Source: Zancudomyces culisetae HAW-14-8
Taxonomy: Eukaryota; Fungi; Kickxellomycota
Direction: 5' to 3'
NCBI GenBank assembly: GCA_052426225.1
Contig: JBNJNM010000010.1
Span: forward strand, 744,001-808,000
Length of the DNA stretch: 64,000 nt
The notes under the pieces are model-generated. The model worked only from the letters and a program-made list of their open reading frames with translations, was not told the DNA's origin and searched no databases. Both the position numbers and the translations under genes were made by a program. Positions 57,781 through 64,000 of the stretch are shown here, in pieces; position 1 is the stretch's first letter, and each line of letters begins with the position of its first letter.

Positions 57781-60700
57781 CAGTTCATGACACAAGTTAC
57801 TGAAAACACATTTGATGAAAATATCGCTGGAGATAAGGAACTTGAAGTATTTGTTTTAAATTTTGAATTATATTCAAACATAAAAAACTATATTACTGAA
57901 AAAATCATACCTGCGAATTTAGAAAACAAAACAAAAGAACTAATACAAACTAAAGCTCTAAAATACAAACATGAAAACGGAAAATTATATTCTTGGACAA
58001 GAAAACATGGAAAGCGAGAATTGTTACATGAAGCCAATGCAGAAGAAAAGATTCAAAAATTACATGAAGTAAACCACCAAGGGATAAATAGAACCTGGGA
58101 AGAGGTGAAAAAAGTATACAGTGGACCAGAACTATTCGAAGTAACAAAACAATTGTTAACTTTTGGACAGGTGCCAACGTTATAGGAGAAGCAGAGGAAG
58201 AAATAACTTGTTAGTACCTATTATAGCGAGCAAGCCATTTGATATTTTAGGAATGGATATAATAGGCCCGATCACTCCAGAAACTGAGAGTGGAAATAAA
58301 TACATAATTACTGCCATCGACTATCTGACAAAATGGCCTGTGGCAAAAGCACTACCAGACATACGTTCTGAAACAATAGTGAACTTTCTGATATATGATA
58401 TAATTTCAGTCTACGGTATCCCAAAAAGGATTATAACCGACAGAGGTACAAACTTCTTAAGTGATATAACTACTAAAGTATATCTATACTAAATATAGAT
58501 CATAGACCTTCTACGGCCTACCACCCCCAGACAAATGGGCAGGTGGAAAGGTTTAACCAAACGCTGAAAAATGCGTTAGCCAAAATATGTTTATTCGACA
58601 AGACTAATTGGGACCAGTACCTTTGGAAAGCGTTGTTGTCAATAAGATCAGTAAAACATAGAATAATCAAAACTAGTCCTTCCATGATGTTGTTTGGGTA
58701 CGAGATGAACACCCCACTCTCACAAAATTTTGAGGATACGAATGAGAACCTAGACGAAGCAGTATTGGAAAGAATAGCATACATCTATAATAAGTTACCT
58801 GAACTGAGAAAAATTGGAGTTGATAAAATAACACAAAACAAAAACTACGAAAAAGTTAGATATGACAAACTAGTAAATGTAACAAGATTCAATGAAGGAG
58901 AAAAGGTTTTAAGACTTGTAGAAAAGCCATATTCAAAGTTTAGTAGCATATGGGAAGGACCATATGTGATATTAAGAAGACTAGACAAAGGCGCCTATGT
59001 TATCGCAGACCCAGAGGATAACAGAGATATAGTCAGCGGCGACAGGATTAAAAGATATAATGAACACATCCGAATGGTACCTGAAGTATTGCCTATTAGA
59101 ATTCAAACAAGATTAAAACAGTTTAGAAGCTTAACTAATCGGGACGATCAGAGCTAAGGAAGGGGGTCTGTCGGGAAAATTTGCACAATAAGATTTTCCT
59201 AGAGAGAATCGCGGGATCGGCGGTTAATCTTCTCACAATAGGATCAACCGAACATCCTATTGTGAGCAAAATTAACAATTACTTATTATCCTATCTTTTA
59301 GTAGTATTTATTAGTATAAACTTATTTATTAGTACAACGGAAATTAGATATAAGCAAAGCTAGTTTCCTCTGTTTCGAACTTTACCTTCAAATTTCACAA
59401 TAAATCGTATACATAGCAACAATAGTAAATTTTATACGACACGTGTAATGAAAATGCTTAACCTCCTACTTGGTAACTTTCACTACCAAGTACTACACGG
59501 GACGGGTCAATTTCAATAATATATAAATTTATTATACTATTATTTATCTGTGGAAAAGGACAATTTATTAATTAATTCACAATAAACATATTTATACTAT
59601 TTCTATAAAATACATCTATTAAACTAACCAATAAAATTGGGACAACTCTTCAGTATAGTTTACTATACGACATTTTTGTAAAAAAAGCAGTATGTAGATA
59701 TATAGATTGCTAAAATAAATTATTTGGGTTTAAAACCTCTAGAATATAGTATTTACTTGTATTGCTAAGTATTAATATTATTTATTGCAGCTAGAATCAC
59801 TTGGTATTTTTTTATGAGAAAGCTTCTTTTGATTTTAATTGTCCTGTGACCAACTTTTTGCCCCAAAATTTCCCACTATTAAACTTGATACTTATTTTAA
59901 CATTATAACTATTTTTATCAAACCAAATCATATAACAAAAACTAAAGGAGGGGAAAAGTTCAATCTACACAAAGAGGTAATTGTAATTATAGTATTTACA
60001 TAGATATAGGATTGAGATTATAAACATCTATTAATTTTATTTAAATTGTATTATTTTTGCATTATTTTGGGAAAACCAAAATAAGTTGAATTCAATTTCG
60101 AATTCCCCAAACTCCAACATTAGTATTCTATTCATTTGAATAGTAATTATTCTATGTTCTTTACCTAGAAATTCGTTGACTTGGCAAATTAGTTTGAGAT
60201 ATTATTGTTAATTTTCTTTACCAATAAAATATCTTTATAATAAATAAAACAACTAAACTAATTAAAACTTGTATATAACCCAGTATCAAGCCGTGACAGC
60301 AAGTACTTGGATATCAGTTTCATGTACGATAAGTTTTCCAATATTTAACGAACTCGGTTCACATTTCAATAAAACAACCATTGTTAAATAATATGCTTTA
60401 GTCGTTGTACTTCTTGGTAAACTAAATAAGGTAGAATCTCTATATTGTCTGTTGATTATTAAAAAAACTCAGAACTAGTTCAAGGTCCGATTTTATATTA
60501 AATCTTGCTTGCTCTACTTGAGAGGTAATATTACTAGATCGGGTACACCCTTATTTAGGCGCTGTTGGTATACATTTAATTTGCATACATGGGGTCGTAT
60601 AAACAATTTGAGCCGCATTGATGAACTATTTAAGATTTAAAACAATAAATTGTGAAGTGAGATTTTTCCCACAAAGCCAAGAAAATCTCTTGGCAAAATT

Positions 60701-61204
60701 AGCGAAACTAATATACAATCTAGTTTTGAGAGGAGAATGGGAATTTCACTGACCTTTTCAACAATTTAGTAAACAGAAACAAATCATAATCCCAAACGGA
60801 AAATTACTCTTATTCATGAAAATTGTATGAAAAAAATATAATATCACATAAAAATAATATAAAAAACTTTGGTAAAAGAAATTTACCACTATACAGGTCA
60901 CAAAGCTGGATGATGATCATACCACAGTGCATTGGAACCAATCTGGAAATAAACCTAAAGGAGACATTTTAACTTCCATCTCAACGAAACAATCTTTTAA
61001 CTAATTGTACACATGCTTTATTATATACACCACATTATATATTTTTATTTAATTAGAAACCAAAAAAAAGATATAAATAGTGTCAATTTATCGTGCTAGA
61101 AAAAAGGTTATCATCATAACACCCTTGTAATTAAATTTTAGTAATATTAGCCACTAAATAAAAATATATAATTCACCTTATAACCAAAGCACAGATATAA
61201 AATC

Positions 61205-61453
61205 ATGGATCAAAATATAAAGGAATCTTTAAAAGCATTTAATAGTATATCCGCTATTGAGTGCAACCATGAGCGTTGCATTGGCCCAATAATAGAAGAA
61301 GCTAAGCTTTATGCTAGCACCGAAAATATGGGTGGATTGGGCTTAAACTCAAAGATTAAAAAACACAATAAAATTTGCAAAGGGCATATTCTACTTGTAG
61401 AAGCTAGAGGCGGGTCAGCAGGTGTAAATTATGCTAACTGTCCAGTGATGTAA
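61205..61453 (+). CDS. Small hypothetical protein ending in a CaaX-like motif (CPVM)
   Basis: 82-aa ATG-initiated ORF, more GC-rich than its flanks; TATAAATA near 61072; AATAAA downstream. Confidence 0.45.
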   Translation: MDQNIKESLKAFNSISAIECNHERCIGPIIEEAKLYASTENMGGLGLNSKIKKHNKICKGHILLVEARGGSAGVNYANCPVM

Positions 61454-62283
61454 TTAGCAAACTTTTCTTTGTATACTTTTTATCTTTAAAAAAGCCGAGT
61501 GTAGTAGCGTTAGTGCGTTTAGGTTGTGATTTTATTGTTTATTCTTGTTGTTGTTATGTGATTGGCTTGATTCTGCAAACCCATCAGCAAAGTCCACTTT
61601 ATCAATACTCTAGTATTATTAACCAATAAATATATATATACACTTGTATTAGTTTACTTTAAAAGTTCATATAGCAAAATATCAAGTGTTTGGCGAACTA
61701 GAGAATTATATTGATACTATAACTAAAATACTCAGACAGCACTTTTAGGCCCCAAAAAAGTTCGTAAAGTCACGAGTAAACAGTAATTTATCAAAAAGCT
61801 AGGAGAAAATAAGTATGTGCATAACTACTTTGTTGGAAAGTAGAGCACAATGCTGAGTGTTTAAATCTGTAGAAGTTACACTTATTTTATGGTGAACAGT
61901 GAATGAATAGTATTAGAATTATATTAGTATTAGTAAAATGCTATTTCCGCAAATTATCAATAGCAAAATTAAACTAAACTGCAATATTAGTAAATTGAAT
62001 CAGAGAAATAAACAATAGAGGTAAACAAAGCTAGCAAATAAACTATGAGATACCAGAGTTTAAATCATCTTGAAAAAATTTATTTACCATTTCAACTTTT
62101 GTATTTCATACAAACTTTTAAACAAAATATATAAAATAAACGTGAAATTGATTGATAAACGCTCAGTATTGTTCAGAAATACAATTCAACATTTTAAATA
62201 AAAAAATAAATATACAAATCAAAATAATAATAACAATAATAAAAAAGAGAATCAAAAGGATAGGAATTGAAAACAGAATAAGT

Positions 62284-64000
62284 ATGCAGCAACAACATAC
62301 GCCAATCAACAGAAAACGAAACATTCCAAATTCGGCAACACCAAAATCCGCACACTCATTGTACACCCCCAGTATGAACAATCCCACACCGACGTCCAAT
62401 AACAACGGTAGCTGGAGCAGAGGTCAGGGGACATCGCCAGTTCCTATATCCAATCAGAATGACGATGCTCGGGAACGCCGTCAGCGCCGCAAATCGGGGA
62501 TGGAGCGGCGGCGGTCCGAGCTGTTTGTTATGGCGAATCCACAGACACTCACCAATATCTCGCGGCAGCGGCGACGAAAGTCACGGATGGAGGAGACCGA
62601 CGATGACGGTATTCTGGGTGGTGGACGCATGGGGGTTGGCGCAGAGGGGTTGCAAGTCAAGCTTCCGGCCTTGACACCAGAAGAATTAAATTCGAGATTT
62701 GAGGAATGGATGAAAATAGCTGCTGATAATGTAAGAGCTTGGTTTTTGTTTTTTTTTATTACTAATTTTAAAGTTAGCAAGACAGAATTTAAAATATTGA
62801 AATGAGGAGAAAAGCAGCGAGTAAGTGAAAAATAATAATTGTAAAATGTAAATATAGAAAATCAATATGGAAAATACATGGGATTTTGCACTGATCGATT
62901 ATTTTTATGATATGAGCTTGTTGAGGGATGGAGAAAGTATAAATTTTCAAAAGGCGTCATGTACGCTGGATGGATGTGTAAAGATATATTCGTCACGAGT
63001 GGATTCTATGGCTACAGAAGCAGGAAAGCTACTGACAGGGTTGGCCAGTACCAACAGTAAGTATTTTAATTGACAGTAGAAAAAGAACAAGATTGATAAA
63101 AGACATGGATAGTTGATGAATTATGTATATTATTATTTGTAATGAATAGAGAGTAATAAAGCAGGAGAAAGTGGGGAAGAGGATGAAGATGGGGAGGAGG
63201 AAGAAGGAGGACAAAGTAAAAAGAGCAAAAAGGCCAGCAAAAGGGTAAGGATAAACAAGGTGGGAAAAAAAATAAGAGTGAGAGGAAAAACGATAATAAC
63301 GAGTATGTATAAAATAAATAGAAAACGGCAACAAACACATTAGTAGCGGATATTTCGGCGATTAGTATAAAAATATTTGATGTGGAAATACGGGTTGATC
63401 CAATGTTTAAAAAGACGTGTGCAGAATTTGATGAGGGAGGAGCGAGTGGGATGATGCTAAATAATCTGGAAATTGAAGAGAGTGGGCAGCTATTGTTTGA
63501 TTCGGGAGAAAAGATGATAACCAAAGAAGAAATGGAGAAGCAACAACAGCAGCAGAGAGAAATGGAGGATAAAGATAATGAGGGAAAGGAAAGTTTGGAA
63601 GAAGAAGAGAATTGGGGAGAGGAGAGTATTAGAGAGATTAAGGATATGGTGGAGGAGATAAAGGGCAATATAGAGCGACAGGTGATTAGTAGAGTACTGG
63701 ATGAGTATGTATTGGAGACGGATGAGAAGATTAATGATATTAAAATAACAAGGTTTATGAATAACAATGAAAGTGAGGATGAAAGAGAGGGGGAAGTTGA
63801 AGGTGAGGAAACAGGTGAAGGAGTGGGAGTGGGAGAAGGAGAAGGAGAAGGAGAAGAAATGGGAATGAATGAAGAGTTTGATATGAATATGGATATGAAT
63901 ATGGATATGGGAATGGATATGGGAATGGATATGGGAATGGATATAGGATATGGAGAAGGGGAAGGGGAAGGGGAGGGGGAAGGGGAAATGGGGGGAGGAG
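62284..64000 (+). CDS. BRN1: Condensin I kleisin Brn1/Cnd2 (CAP-H), multi-exon, runs off the window end
   Basis: NDDARERR, FEEWMKIAADN|KINMENTWDFALIDYF, NFQKASCTLDGCVKIYSSRVDS, VDPMFKKTCAEFDEGGASG; introns near 62731, 63057 and 63245. Confidence 0.93.
63815..64000 (+). repeat. Hexamer coding repeats (GAAGGA/GAAGGG, ATGGAT/ATGGGA) in BRN1
   Basis: Encode (GE)n and (MD/MG)n tracts. Confidence 0.85.

Larger units (their letters stand above)
52080..57792 (-). mobile_element. Element C: intact chromovirus (Tf1/sushi-type Ty3/Gypsy) nested in element B
   Basis: 412-bp LTRs 52080-52491 and 57381-57792 (TG..CA, no differences seen); 5-bp TSD CAAGT (52075-52079 and 57793-57797); PPT AGAGGGGAGG; no tRNA-type PBS. 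Confidence 0.97.
48673..59157 (+). pseudogene. Element B gag-pol, disrupted (48673-52079 plus 57793-59157)
   Basis: VDTGA, FIDD, TDAS, integrase core and WEGPY present; in-frame TAA at 49012; frameshifts near 58160 and 58490; split by element C just after NPADALSR. Confidence 0.92.
48339..59441 (+). mobile_element. Element B: decayed Ty3/Gypsy retrotransposon related to A, interrupted by element C
   Basis: 273-bp LTRs 48339-48611 and 59169-59441 (2 mismatches seen); PBS 48616-48633 identical to A's; PPT AAGGAAGGGGG before 59169. Confidence 0.96.
48334..59672. mobile_element. Element S: solo LTR (about 234 bp) split by element B; pieces 48334-48338 and 59442-59672
   Basis: Rejoined sequence TGTCGTGTAATG...TATACGACA has the same termini as A and B; flanked by TTTTT on both sides (48329-48333 and 59673-59677); no PBS or PPT adjacent. 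Confidence 0.8.

Overview
AT-rich eukaryotic genomic DNA with short GT-AG introns. Gene content points to an early-diverging fungus; a Zoopagomycota/Harpellales-type organism is my inference and is not proven. Positions 1-42.7 kb and 62-64 kb hold ordinary nuclear genes: CAP protein, OSH, PIMT, 5-alpha-reductase, UTP15, an S1 protease plus a decayed paralogue, ATP14, bL33m, FYV7, SRP72, a probable p2 subunit of the MTA1c/AMT1 6mA methyltransferase, ADA3, a Sel1-repeat protein, SMC4, ORC2 and BRN1. The notable part is 42.85-59.7 kb. A tRNA-Ser(UGA)/tRNA-Gly(GCC) pair separated by only 3 nt is followed by a 16.6-kb stack of four LTR insertions. Three different TGTCG...CGACA-ended LTR insertions (an intact Ty3/Gypsy, a decayed Ty3/Gypsy and a solo LTR) all map 7-13 bp upstream of the tRNA-Ser 5' end once the nesting is undone, which suggests a Pol III-gene-targeting retrotransposon lineage. 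An intact chromovirus is nested in the decayed element. It shows Tf1-like self-priming structures, a -1 frameshift pseudoknot and heat-shock-element arrays in its LTR. All homology calls are from motif recognition by eye; exon boundaries are approximate unless stated.
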